Of a stretch of 64,000 nt of DNA, positions 1-10,604 are shown one piece after another. The position numbers were made by a program, and so were the translations under genes. Numbering within the stretch: the stretch's first letter is position 1; each line of letters begins with the position of its first letter. The notes under the pieces were generated by a model. That model saw nothing but the letters and a program-made list of their open reading frames with translations, searched no databases and was not told the DNA's origin. This DNA comes from Albugo candida (taxonomy: Eukaryota), in assembly GCA_040437565.1 (NCBI GenBank), contig JBDOQK010000073.1, positions 1 to 64,000 on the forward strand, read 5' to 3'.

Positions 1-170
1 GACTCATGAGGGTTGCCACGTCACTACAAGTGGACGCTAGCACCCTGGGTTGTGTCGATATGTCGACTTGAACCATTGTTTTCGAGAGGAAGGAGTTGAA
101 AAAAGTTGTTTTTTCGAGTTGTTTTTACTAAATTGGCGGGTTACTTAGTAGCCGGCAAATTGAGAAGTCC

Positions 171-243
171 TCTCCTATAGCTCAGTTGGTAGAGCGTGTG
201 GCTGTTAACCATAAGGTCGCTGGTTCAAACCCAGCTGGGAGAG
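171..243 (+). tRNA. tRNA-Asn (GTT)
   Basis: Acceptor stem TCTCCTA/TGGGAGA, D-arm TAGCTCAGTTGGTAGAGC, anticodon arm TGTGG-CTGTTAA-CCATA, T-arm GCTGG-TTCAAAC-CCAGC. No encoded CCA. Confidence 0.96.
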
Positions 244-1465
244 AATTATAAAGGCTCTTTGTCACCTTTGAATAAGAGACCCACAATTTCTACGATTCAC
301 CCATTCCAATTACGTAATAATCGCGGTTCTCTCCATTATGACTTCCTTAGTAAGCTAGGAATGCACCATGTTCCCCCTTACTGTAGTATTGATTCTACAT
401 ATTAAATGATTAACTGGCGATCATGCATTCATTTTCTTTGCATCATTTCTAGGTACTATGATGTGCAACGAGCTCTTCTGTACAATGTGCAATCAATTCA
501 TCATCCTCAATTACCTGGAAGAAAAAAAGAAAAAAGTGGGGGGGGGAGAGTTTCAAGTAGGAAAAAACCACGTCAAGTAGGTAAAAAAAATTCAGGCAGC
601 AATTCNNNNNNNNNNNNNNNNNNNNNNNNNNNNNNNNNNNNNNNNNNNNNNNNNNNNNNNNNNNNNNNNNNNNNNNNNNNNNNNNNNNNNNNNNNNNNNN
701 NNNNNGGAGAGTTTCAAGTAGGAAAAAACCACGTCAAGTAGGTAAAAAAAAAAAAAATTCAGGCAGCAATTCTTACTCAAGTAGCAAATGAATTGGGGCA
801 GGACATCTAAGTAGGAGAATAAACAGAGCATCGGATGAGAACCCTGAAAACGTTGACACGAACAAGTGAATGTCGAGATTGAGGTAAGAAGACAACGTCA
901 AGAATTACGACTAGAAACACTTGCGACAGCGAGTATTCAGTTGCGGTGTCAGCGGCCGCAATAATTACTCCTCGTTCAAATTGTTCATCACATACATACG
1001 AGTGTGTTATGTCGTAATTTAATTTTGCTATTGACGCTTAGTGCCTCCATTTACATCAGCATTGGACTCGCTGATACAATACAAGGATATTTGAGGAAAT
1101 GGTGTATAGGCATTCTTGATCTCGTAAAATGGATGACGCAAAAAATTATTGCAAAAATTCACACGGTTGAACACACGTGCAACAAAAAAGATAGAATCAA
1201 GAAGCTCTTGTCGCCGGACTTCTCATCATGAACAGTAAGGTCAATCTAATGTAAAAAAATGATTGCTACTATGTGCTCGGGCCAGCCTCAAATTTTTGTT
1301 TTGCAAAAGTAAGAAGCTACCATCACAAGTAAATACTTACCGCGACTCTAGTTCAAAAAAAGTCAAACAACTCGCTGCACTCAATGATTTTTGACGAAGA
1401 CATTGAATTTCCTGCAGTGACAGTCCATCGTGATTTACCACAAGTTCCGTCAAAAGACCCTTGAG

Positions 1466-1580
1466 CCCGATTCTCAAAGCCAATCCTTTTTCCGAAGTTA
1501 TCACCCTGTGCTTTCACAATTCTTTCTCTTGAGAAAGCAACCGGATTTCCTTTGTCCGCGCCAATTCTGAATTGGTTGCT
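1466..1580 (-). pseudogene. Two short degenerate LSU (28S) rRNA fragments
   Basis: Minus strand TAACTTCGGAAAAAGGATTGGCTTTGAG (1500-1473) and CAACCAATTCAGAATTGGCGCGGACAAAGGAAATCCGG (~1578-1541) resemble the conserved 28S blocks TAACTTCGGGAAAAGGATTGGCTCT and CAACTCAGAACTGGTACGGACAAGGGGAATCCGAC. Confidence 0.7.
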
Positions 1581-2205
1581 CATCGAACTATGGGTACAGA
1601 TCCTTTTTTGCTTCGGTATGTTTTATATAATTTCCTGCATGTGAGATATGACTTTGTTCCTGAAGCATTTTTCCTAGGAAGCGGAAAATGCATGCAACAA
1701 ACTGATCCGCACGTCCTTCGTGCGTTCCGTTGAACCATCACCATCCACAATCATTTGATTCACGATCTTGATAGTTCGATGCAAAAACGAATGCGTACAC
1801 TTTTTCGATCTTGGCGCTGTGAATTACTCTGACCCCAGCTTTTCACTCAGCCTTTCCATGTCTATATGGCACGCACCTACGTGCTAGATCAGTGTTGATT
1901 ATTGATCAGCAAGTCCAAGAACAGTTCAAACTCTCCCTCTCGATTTTGATTATCTGAGAAGGAAACACTCTTCCCATGAATAATCAGTCACGCTGATGGC
2001 TAGCTTTTGGTCTTTTTTCTTAATCGATCCGTCAAGCGTTTGTGCAACCTATACTGCCCTAGCAAAGTCACCACAAATTTTGACGAATATGGTTTAGGAA
2101 TCGATGTTGGGCCGAGTGGTTTGGTTGTTCATTTGGGTATTTGTACTGTTGGAAGTCTTATATCATCTTATGCGCACGCGGTCATCATAAGCTAATTACC
2201 CTGTT

Positions 2206-2643
2206 TCAATGTCTCTGTGCTGATGTATCGCCAATGCAAATCAATTGAAATGGATAGCATGTAGCGTGTATTAGTAAATAACGAGAAAGCTGGTGTCCAC
2301 AACGAAATGATACGTGCACGTTGTCGAGTGCCAGTGGTTTGGAGAAAGTTCCGTCCGCACCTTTGTGCCAAAAGAGCCTTCGAATAGGGTTAAAAGAAGA
2401 GACAACCCAATGTAATAGATCTGAATCGATATCGCATTGTGTACCAAACGCGTAAACAGCTACTGTTTTTCTAGGTACATCGCATCCGACTAAGCCATCT
2501 TCGTGTGGTTTGGTGATGGTACCTGTAAAAGCGTGGTGGTAGTACGCTCCTAAGCACCAAATATAAGCCCTTAGCTCAACGTAGATCATCCTGAAAATCC
2601 TTGCGCGATGTGTACCAATCAATTGCACTCTTGGTGTTTTCAT
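2206..2643 (-). CDS. Possible hypothetical protein (~145 aa from ATG 2643)
   Basis: Open frame just downstream of the zinc-finger gene. No recognisable motif. Confidence 0.2.
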   Translation of the reverse strand: MKTPRVQLIGTHRARIFRMIYVELRAYIWCLGAYYHHAFTGTITKPHEDGLVGCDVPRKTVAVYAFGTQCDIDSDLLHWVVSSFNPIRRLFWHKGADGTFSKPLALDNVHVSFRCGHQLSRYLLIHATCYPFQLICIGDTSAQRH

Positions 2644-2731
2644 TCCCGTTGCGTGACTTGAAATGAGATAATTGTGAAAGTTCAACCAGTAAGAACCGGC
2701 ACATGTAAGAAATCGATCATTTTGATGTTGC

Positions 2732-3898
2732 CTACAATTTGCCATGTTGCCTGCTCTCTTTCTCGTGTGTTTTTTTGTGCCGAGCAAAGTTCGAGACCTG
2801 GGTGAATTTTTTCTCACACCCTTCATAAGGACAAATATACGGTTGCAAGCCTGCATGCATCCAAATATGTTCCTTCAAAGAAACGGAATGAGCGAATCGT
2901 TTTCCACAGCCTCCAAAGTGGCAAGCGTATGGTTTTACACCAGCATGAGTACGCTCGTGTGCACGTAGATTTGAGCTATGCGCATAGCGTTTGTTACATC
3001 CAGGGTACGAGCACTGTAAAGGTTTTTCACCAGTATGCGTTCGAATATGGTTCTGAAGTTCCGATCTACCACGAAACTGCTTACGACATGTGGGGCATTC
3101 GTGTTTCTTCGAGGGTTTGACGCGTGATTTCGAGATTTTTGGTTTCGAGTAAAGTTCAACCTGTTCCATAAATCGATTTTGATTCTCGTTCGAAGACAGC
3201 GTGTCAATTCCTTCTCCCTTTGACGTCTTCTCCAGGACATACTTGTTATCATGTTCGGCATATTTTATCGAATTTTGCCGCTCACTTGCACCGTCAAGCC
3301 GCTGTGAGATGAGGTTCATAGAAGCTGAAAGAGATGAGTCTTCGCCTGTGTTTAATCCTTTTTCCAGTAAACTATGGTAATCATTCTCCTCATTGTACTC
3401 GTTCTTTCTCAAAGATCCCCCTTTTGCTTGACCAACATTTCGTGGTGTTGTCGTTCTTAGAGCATTACTTGATGAAACTTTAAAGTTTTCCTTTTGCGCG
3501 TACTTCTGAGGCGGGAACAATGCAATTTTTCGGATATAACTGTCCAATTCTATCATTGCATTGCGAACGTAGTCGTGAATTGCCCAGACTGTATTTTCAT
3601 TCATTTGTCCCAAGTCAAACGCATAGCCGTCTTCGTCGATCTGACGCACGATATCCACCTGATACTTTCTTATAATATCGAGCAAGCCACGAAGATACTG
3701 ACTTGGTAGCATTGTAATCCTTTGAACTAACTTTTTTTTATCATTTTGCGACATTGGAAGCACATTTGCGGGATACAGAAACTCGTCTTTGACTTGATGC
3801 TTGACAGTGCAATCAGGATAATTGCGTTCAGATGAATTCGAGCACTTGATAGAGTCAAAATCCTTTACCGCATTCTTAACAGCGTCTTTTTCTTTCAT
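2732..3898 (-). CDS. C2H2 zinc-finger protein (4 fingers) with N-terminal ET/NET (extra-terminal) domain
   Basis: Four Cx2-4C..Hx3H fingers with TGEKP-type linkers at the C-terminus. The N-terminal MSQNDKKKLVQRITMLPSQYLRGLLDIIRKY...FDLGQMNENTVWAIHDYV matches the ET domain pattern. Confidence 0.88.
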   Translation of the reverse strand: MKEKDAVKNAVKDFDSIKCSNSSERNYPDCTVKHQVKDEFLYPANVLPMSQNDKKKLVQRITMLPSQYLRGLLDIIRKYQVDIVRQIDEDGYAFDLGQMNENTVWAIHDYVRNAMIELDSYIRKIALFPPQKYAQKENFKVSSSNALRTTTPRNVGQAKGGSLRKNEYNEENDYHSLLEKGLNTGEDSSLSASMNLISQRLDGASERQNSIKYAEHDNKYVLEKTSKGEGIDTLSSNENQNRFMEQVELYSKPKISKSRVKPSKKHECPTCRKQFRGRSELQNHIRTHTGEKPLQCSYPGCNKRYAHSSNLRAHERTHAGVKPYACHFGGCGKRFAHSVSLKEHIWMHAGLQPYICPYEGCEKKFTQVSNFARHKKTHEKESRQHGKL

Positions 3899-4637
3899 CT
3901 CGCAAGATTCTAATCATGAAGTAATTGATTCCATGAAGATTTGCTCAAAGAATGATGGTCTGGTTGCACACTTGTTGAAATGTTGCCGTTATATATCGCA
4001 TCGAAATTGTTAACGCTCATAACCGTAATATTTCATAATTATGATGAATATCTAAAAGGTCCGAGACTCTATCGATGATAACTGCTATATGCTAAATATG
4101 TTGAAAATTGAATGAGTACAACATCAGATTTCGATTGTCAGCATCGACCCTGCTTCCATGTAATGTCAATTATAGGTGTAGGTCTCCTAACTCGAAATCT
4201 GATGCGTCACTTTCATGCAATCCGAACCGTCTGATCAGATGACGCTATAGTACCATTCAAAACGTCATGCATAAAGGAGCCACGTTTCGGGATGGACTAG
4301 AAACACTCATCAAGAATATAACATGAACGCTGTATATGAGCTCTCTACAACGAAGCAACTGATTCCCTCTGTGCCAACGCGACACCCCGCTTTCCCAGTC
4401 GACAAACTAAACATACATATTTTCATATGTGTAACGTCATAACGCTTATACTTATTCTGAACACTCGATCCAGTCACAATAAAAATGCGTGGGGATCCTG
4501 TTGCCATTTGTCAGTTATTTCCGAGATATTTATATCGCGTTTTTCATCAGTAGCCACGTGGAGGGAAAGCGTTGTTTGAGAAAGCCTTCACCCATTTATT
4601 TTATCTCAGCAAACGACACACACTCACAGACGTTTAT

Positions 4638-5474
4638 ATGAGTCGTCAAGGATATCTGATTTTGCATGATCAGCGGACGGGGGCGGCTGTCTATTATTTC
4701 TCACTGGAAGATGGCTACCTCAGATACTATGAATCAGCACAATGTAAGGAGCCTCAAGGCGAGCTGTTACTATCTGGTTCAAAGATCAATGTGAAAGCGC
4801 ACAAACGACAGGATGGAATTCCCAATAGCTTTTTTGTTGAAACCCGCAAAGTGTTTGTTAGAGAACGCACGTATACATTGGGGAACCCAATCCGTTTAGA
4901 GCTGAGCGCTCACACGAACGATGAACGACAAGACTGGGGGCGAGCTTTGTTTTCTTGGCAGCGATATTACTGGCGTGACCCAAGTCAGGATGTCGAGCTT
5001 GTCGGTTTGGCTGATGCTGAATTGGCTAGAAGAATATTGTCAGAGATTGTGGAGCATTTGTATCCAAATTCGACGCAGCCACACTTTACAAGTTTAGGCA
5101 TGCGTAGTCAGAGCATTGGACAGCTCACCACACATCAGCCTCGTCGTCGGTACAGCATTCACTCTAAAAAATCATTCGCAAGACCAGTAGTATCATCGTA
5201 CAATTGTGCCAGTGCCATTGCTTTGCAGCCGTTCAAGTATATACAGAAAAATGTGATTGCATTGCAAAGAACCATTACCATGTCTTATACGACGTCACCT
5301 TCATCGAAAGCATCGACAGCTTCTTCATCATCTCCAACGTCAGATAATAACCAAGAGACGACAACAAAGCCTTGCAAGAGCTCAATAGTCACGACCGACG
5401 ATCACGCACACAATAATCTATATATGGACAAGTTTTGCGCGGCTCCCAATCGGTCCATTGGCACATGCTGCTGA
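4638..5474 (+). CDS. PH-domain protein with Ser/Thr-rich tail
   Basis: RQGYL...YFSLEDGYLRYY...LELSAHTNDERQDWGRAL is a PH fold with its terminal Trp helix. ATG 4638 is preferred over the TTG at 4572. Confidence 0.85.
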   Translation: MSRQGYLILHDQRTGAAVYYFSLEDGYLRYYESAQCKEPQGELLLSGSKINVKAHKRQDGIPNSFFVETRKVFVRERTYTLGNPIRLELSAHTNDERQDWGRALFSWQRYYWRDPSQDVELVGLADAELARRILSEIVEHLYPNSTQPHFTSLGMRSQSIGQLTTHQPRRRYSIHSKKSFARPVVSSYNCASAIALQPFKYIQKNVIALQRTITMSYTTSPSSKASTASSSSPTSDNNQETTTKPCKSSIVTTDDHAHNNLYMDKFCAAPNRSIGTCC

Positions 5475-5552
5475 TCGTCGATAGATGCCAGGATTTTGTA
5501 ACGCGATAGTTTATTTAAATAGCACGAGAATAAGTATACTTATCATTGTATC

Positions 5553-6020
5553 TTAACACAGGCCATTTGTACTGTTCATATTCCCTTTCTTACGTTGTTT
5601 CCGGCGCTTTTGTTTTTCATTTTTTGCTTTTCGTCGTCGCTCGCTATCTCTCAGTTGCTCTAAAATCTCATCGTGGGAATTCAACTTCCGCTTTCCCTCG
5701 ATCGTTCGGGTCTTGTCAGCTGGACTAGACTGCTGCTTTCGGTGCTTTGGTAGCTCGTCATCGGTGCAGGTATCTTCATCGTTTTCTATGATATGCTGCT
5801 TTTTTCTTTTTGTGAGAAATGCAGCCGATTTGCCAAATACTTTTTGTCTCAATTGTATCACTTCGCTCGAAACTTGATTTTTTGAAGACCCATACAGCTG
5901 TAAATGATGATTAGATATTTGTTTCTTCTCAACAGGATTTTCTTCCGCACCGTCATCGCCTTGAAACCAGCTCTGAACGACACTGAGAGAGTCTGGACAG
6001 AAGACAACTTCGGAGCTCAT
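5553..6020 (-). CDS. Hypothetical Lys/Arg-rich (probably nuclear/nucleolar) protein
   Basis: 155-aa ORF divergent from RPS13, with a basic NLS-like C-terminus (RRRKAKNEKQKRRKQRKK). Confidence 0.65.
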   Translation of the reverse strand: MSSEVVFCPDSLSVVQSWFQGDDGAEENPVEKKQISNHHLQLYGSSKNQVSSEVIQLRQKVFGKSAAFLTKRKKQHIIENDEDTCTDDELPKHRKQQSSPADKTRTIEGKRKLNSHDEILEQLRDSERRRKAKNEKQKRRKQRKKGNMNSTNGLC

Positions 6021-6140
6021 TGTCACTAACGGGTCAAGTCGTCCTTACCCGGGTCTTATCACGGGTCTACCCATTTGAATGACTGGTTTCCATGCTTTTT
6101 CAGAATTCATTCAGATTGAAAAGCAAAGAACGTAAGCAAG

Positions 6141-6729
6141 ATGGGGCGCATGCACAGTCGTGGTAAAGGTATTTCCAAGTCGGCACTTCCGTACAAACGA
6201 ACGCCGCCTTCATGGTTAAAAGTAACACCGGAAGAAGTCGAAGAGCAGATCTGTAAATTTGCCAAAAAGGGATTAACTCCGTCAGAAATTGGTGTGATTC
6301 TCCGAGACTCGCATGGAATTGCTCAAGTGCGAAGTGTAACGGGTGCAAAGATTCTTCGAATTTTGAAAAAGAACGGTGCGTGTAACTTTGAAAATAATTT
6401 GCATTCACAACTCTGACGTTTCTCTCGCTTGACCCATGATGCTCGGTATCACCTGACGCTCGGAACTACTTCTGTTTGACGTGGGAATACGCGGGTTTTA
6501 CAATTTAGGAATGGCTCCTGAAATTCCTGAGGATTTATACAGACTTATCAAGAAAGCTGTCGCCGTCCGAAAACATTTGGAACGGAATCGTCAAGACAAA
6601 GACTCGAAATTTCGTCTGATTCTGATCGAGTCTCGAATTCATCGACTTTCCCGTTATTATCGTGTGACCCGAAAGCTTCAACCACAGTGGACGTACCAAT
6701 CGTCGACCGCTTCGACTTTGGTCGCGTAG
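6141..6729 (+). CDS. RPS13: 40S ribosomal protein S13 (uS15); exons 6141-6375 and 6509-6729
   Basis: [12 protein letters not shown]...[41 protein letters not shown]. The GT-AG intron 6376-6508 restores the frame (G|GA). Confidence 0.98.
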
Positions 6730-6895
6730 AACTGTGATGCGATTACGTAGAACAGATATCTAGGAGCATTGTGATATCTGATTAATGAATGAATCATCTT
6801 TCTACTTTGAATATTTGTTAGTTTACATGAGCTCAACGATAAACCGATGCGAATTGGTCTAAATTAAACCTCTCTTTCCAATCAAACTCTTCTGA

Positions 6896-8560
6896 ATGAC
6901 TGATTTTCAGGCACCAATATGGGGTCTTTGTGGTAAAAATGTGCACGATATATCGCTGGAAGTGATCAAAGCGGGGAGCGTGATAGATCAAATATCATTT
7001 CCAGAAAATAAACCGTATCAAATTGCCGGCCGCATGAAGCAAAGCTGCGATCTGCACTTCAATCATCCTTCGATCTCTCGAACTCATGCGGTTTTTCAAT
7101 TTAATGAACAAGGAAAGCTGTTTCTAATGGACCTAAAAAGCACCCACGGGACTTTTGTTAATAAGAAACGTATCCTTCCCGAAAAGTTTTACGATTTGAA
7201 TGTTGGCGATTTGCTTCGTTTTGGCGATTCCACGCGCTTATACGCGGTTTGCGGTCCAACTGAGCTGCTTCCGAGTGAGCGGAAAAGATTCCAGAACGAT
7301 AAAAGTGAAACAGTCATAAAAGTGAAGGATGATAAGTACGCTTCATGGGGGTTTGGAGATGATGCTGTCGAAGAGGAGAGTGACGATTCTGATTCCTCTG
7401 AGACTGAAAAATCAGACAAAAAAGCAAGCTTTTTCGCGCATTTTGGTACTCATCAAGAAGAATTTGAGCAAGATTGTATGCCAAAGGATTTGAATGAAAA
7501 GGAAAAAAGAGACTGGAAGGGTATTCAGCGACGCAAACTTAAAAAACAGCATTTGCAGCAAGAAATTGACCGCATCCAGGCCAAGCAGTTCCAGCTCAAT
7601 GGAGGCTTAAGTACGGGTCAAGTCCAAGCTATGGAGCGGAATGAGTCGCATATTCAGCGCCTCGACAAAGAGATTGAAGAGCTTGAGGCAAAACTCCGAG
7701 TAAAGCAAAATCAAAAGATCCATCAGCGCTTGCAGCTGCAGCGTCAAGACGATAAAGATGGAAGCAAAATGAATACCATTAAAGGAAACGAGTATGCTAG
7801 TGACGAAGACGACTTTTATGATCGAACAAAAGCCAACGAACGATCCGACGCAGCTCACACCAATAAACCACTCCAACAAATGCCTCTCACATCCGCTGAC
7901 ATCCAAAAAAATATACTACAGCTCAAAGAAACTCTTTTGTCCGTAGAACAACAACGTCAATCGTACCTTGACCAGAACAAGAATGAAGATTGTGATGACA
8001 ATACTGAAGCAACCGATGCTCTTGACGCATACATGGACTTGACAAAGCAAAAAATGGCGTCGGACACTTTGGAAAAACTGAGTCAAAAGGAGATTGAAAT
8101 CAAGCAAAAACTTGACCAGCAGCGCCGATTATTGAGTATTGCCACACCAGCAATTGCATCGCTACCAATTAGTACTTTGGCCGAGAAGAATGGTTCTCCC
8201 GCAGAAAAGAGCAATGGAGAACCAGTAGCAGTGATATCTGTTGAGAAAAAACAGCAAAGCAATCTTCCGGAAGAAATTCCCCCGAAAAAGCGGCTGACCA
8301 CAGATTTAGAAACGAAAGTTGAGGTCAATGGGAAAAAGAAGGCGCAACGCGTAAATCATCGCTCCAGTTCGAAGATAGGACCAAACCTCCCCAAAAATGT
8401 ACAAATGTATAAATCTCAATCCATTCAAAGCGTTAAGAAAGCGGAGCAGTTGCCTCTCAACTCGTCTGAAGTACTCGAAGGCGGCGAAGCAATTTGGATT
8501 CCGCCATCCGATCAAACAGGAAACGGACGTACGAAACTTAATGAAAAGTACGGATATTAA
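6896..8560 (+). CDS. SLC4A1AP: Kanadaptin-like FHA-domain protein
   Basis: FHA motif (GR...HPSISRTHA...DLKSTHGTFVN), SDEDDFYDRT, coiled coils and the hallmark C-terminus WIPPSDQTGNGRTKLNEKYGY. Confidence 0.9.
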   Translation: MTDFQAPIWGLCGKNVHDISLEVIKAGSVIDQISFPENKPYQIAGRMKQSCDLHFNHPSISRTHAVFQFNEQGKLFLMDLKSTHGTFVNKKRILPEKFYDLNVGDLLRFGDSTRLYAVCGPTELLPSERKRFQNDKSETVIKVKDDKYASWGFGDDAVEEESDDSDSSETEKSDKKASFFAHFGTHQEEFEQDCMPKDLNEKEKRDWKGIQRRKLKKQHLQQEIDRIQAKQFQLNGGLSTGQVQAMERNESHIQRLDKEIEELEAKLRVKQNQKIHQRLQLQRQDDKDGSKMNTIKGNEYASDEDDFYDRTKANERSDAAHTNKPLQQMPLTSADIQKNILQLKETLLSVEQQRQSYLDQNKNEDCDDNTEATDALDAYMDLTKQKMASDTLEKLSQKEIEIKQKLDQQRRLLSIATPAIASLPISTLAEKNGSPAEKSNGEPVAVISVEKKQQSNLPEEIPPKKRLTTDLETKVEVNGKKKAQRVNHRSSSKIGPNLPKNVQMYKSQSIQSVKKAEQLPLNSSEVLEGGEAIWIPPSDQTGNGRTKLNEKYGY

Positions 8561-8695
8561 TATGCAGGACCATGCATTCTATACAATCTTATAGGCTATT
8601 TATTGTAAGAGTACATGCAATTTCATTCGTTGTCGAAATAGTTGCTCTTTGCCGCTTGCGATCCAAATTCTATCTTTTGACAATATTGTCACAGA

Positions 8696-10519
8696 ATGGA
8701 ATCCCAGTACATTGAAACTGCAAGGCAATGGGTCGAATGGGACGTCAACGCGGAAACGAGAGCCAAAGTGCAAAAGCTAATCGACTTGGAAGACGAAATA
8801 TCACTAAAGAAAATGTTTAGTAGTCGCTTGGAATTCGGAACCGCTGGACTGCGAGGGTCCATGGGTCCGGGAACCAATGCAATGAACGATCTTATCATCA
8901 TTCAAACCACTCAGGGTCTATGCAAATACCTGGATGCCACGTTAAGCGTTGACTTTAAGAGAATGGGAATTGCAGTTGGATACGATCATCGAAGACAAGA
9001 GAGTTTGAATTCGAAACGTTTTGCAGAACTGACAGCCGCTGTCGCGCTTTCCTTTGGCTGTAAAGTGTATTTTTATCACGAATTCATTCCGACTCCATTG
9101 ATTCCGTACTTAATCGAGCAAAAACGCTGCGCGGCTGGTGTTATGATAACTGCATCGCACAACCCGAAGAGAGACAATGGCTACAAACTGTATGGGCAGA
9201 ATGGATGTCAAATCACATCGCCTCAGGATACGCTCATTAGCGCGTACATTGAGAAAAATGTAGCGCCGTGGCACAAGTACTCGGATGACTTTGTGAGATC
9301 ATCGATTTATGAGGCCACTTCCGACTCGGTTGAGTTCCCATTGAACGAGATGATGGACCAATATTTCACACAAATGGAAAGAAATTTGTGTCGATTTCCT
9401 ACTGATAACTCATCAACCGCCTTGAAGTTTGTATACACTCCTATGCACGGTGTGGGTCATCCCTTTATGACTCGGGCTTTTTCAGCCTTTCATCTGCAAC
9501 CGTATACTCCAGTGCAAGCTCAAGTCCTCCCGCATCCCGATTTTCCAACTGTTGATTTTCCGAATCCAGAAGAAGGAAAAGGATCACTATTTCTCGCCAT
9601 GAAGACCGCCACTGAAATTGCAGCCAATATCATCTTGGCAAACGATCCAGACGCCGATCGATTGGCGGTAGCAGAGTGTGATAGAAAAACGCTCGAGTGG
9701 ACCATCTTCACGGGAAATGAAATTGGACTACTTCTTGGCCATTGGGAATTGATGCAACATTTGGAACGCAATCCCGCAACCGATCGATCGAAACTACATT
9801 TTGTCGCCTCGACGGTCTCATCCAAGATGCTTCGGGCAGTTGCTTCCGCACACTCTGCTCAGTTCACAGAAACGTTGTCAGGCTTTAAGTGGATTGGAAA
9901 TAAAGTGGATCAATTGAGGCAGAGTGGCCGTAACGTTCTGTTCTCGTTCGAAGAAGCCATTGGATTCTGCGTGGGCGATCTTGTAAAGGACAAAGATGGC
10001 ATCAGTGCGGGTGTTGTGTTTGCAGAAATGGCTGTGCAACTGTACAAACGCGGGAAAACTGTCAGAGAGTTTCTGAAGGAATTGTACCATGAATATGGTC
10101 ACTTTATATCGTACAATCATTATATTCGATGCGACGAGCCGATCAAAGTACGAACGATTTTTGAGCGGCTTCGAAACGATGGACAGTATATGAAGACATG
10201 TGGGAGGTTCAGCATCCAGTACGTTCGCGATATGACAAGAGGGATCGATACTTCTCAGCCAGATGGCCGCGCAGTATTACCGACGACTCCATCCACTCAA
10301 ATGCTTACGTTTTCGTTCACAAATGGATGCATAGCGACATTACGAACGAGTGGAACGGAACCAAAAATCAAGTTTTACGTGGAAATAGCTGGAAAGCCTC
10401 ATGAATGTCGTTCCGTGTTGAAGCAAACGCTTTTAGAGCTAGTAGACGAAATCATTGAGCATATGCTTCAACCCACCGAAAATGGGCTTCAAGAACCTCC
10501 TCGGCTCGATATATCGTGA
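8696..10519 (+). CDS. PGM2: Phosphoglucomutase-2 / phosphopentomutase (alpha-D-phosphohexomutase)
   Basis: FGTAGLRG, catalytic TASHNP, metal loop DPDADR, FEEAIG and RTSGTEPKIK motifs. Confidence 0.95.
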   Translation: MESQYIETARQWVEWDVNAETRAKVQKLIDLEDEISLKKMFSSRLEFGTAGLRGSMGPGTNAMNDLIIIQTTQGLCKYLDATLSVDFKRMGIAVGYDHRRQESLNSKRFAELTAAVALSFGCKVYFYHEFIPTPLIPYLIEQKRCAAGVMITASHNPKRDNGYKLYGQNGCQITSPQDTLISAYIEKNVAPWHKYSDDFVRSSIYEATSDSVEFPLNEMMDQYFTQMERNLCRFPTDNSSTALKFVYTPMHGVGHPFMTRAFSAFHLQPYTPVQAQVLPHPDFPTVDFPNPEEGKGSLFLAMKTATEIAANIILANDPDADRLAVAECDRKTLEWTIFTGNEIGLLLGHWELMQHLERNPATDRSKLHFVASTVSSKMLRAVASAHSAQFTETLSGFKWIGNKVDQLRQSGRNVLFSFEEAIGFCVGDLVKDKDGISAGVVFAEMAVQLYKRGKTVREFLKELYHEYGHFISYNHYIRCDEPIKVRTIFERLRNDGQYMKTCGRFSIQYVRDMTRGIDTSQPDGRAVLPTTPSTQMLTFSFTNGCIATLRTSGTEPKIKFYVEIAGKPHECRSVLKQTLLELVDEIIEHMLQPTENGLQEPPRLDIS

Positions 10520-10604
10520 TTTATGATGTATAAAGATCGTGTACAATATACATTTCTCTCAAACAGAGTACTGTCACATCAAATAATCGATCGCGTAAGA
10601 AAAA

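Noticed and set aside
196-405. 69-aa ORF
   Set aside because: It starts inside the tRNA-Asn gene at a GTG and has no coding signal.
6421-6500. TPP riboswitch or C/D snoRNA in the RPS13 intron
   Set aside because: There is no CUGAGA or ACCUGAU..AUGC..CGNAGG TPP core. The C box is imperfect (ATGATGC) and there is no terminal CTGA D box.
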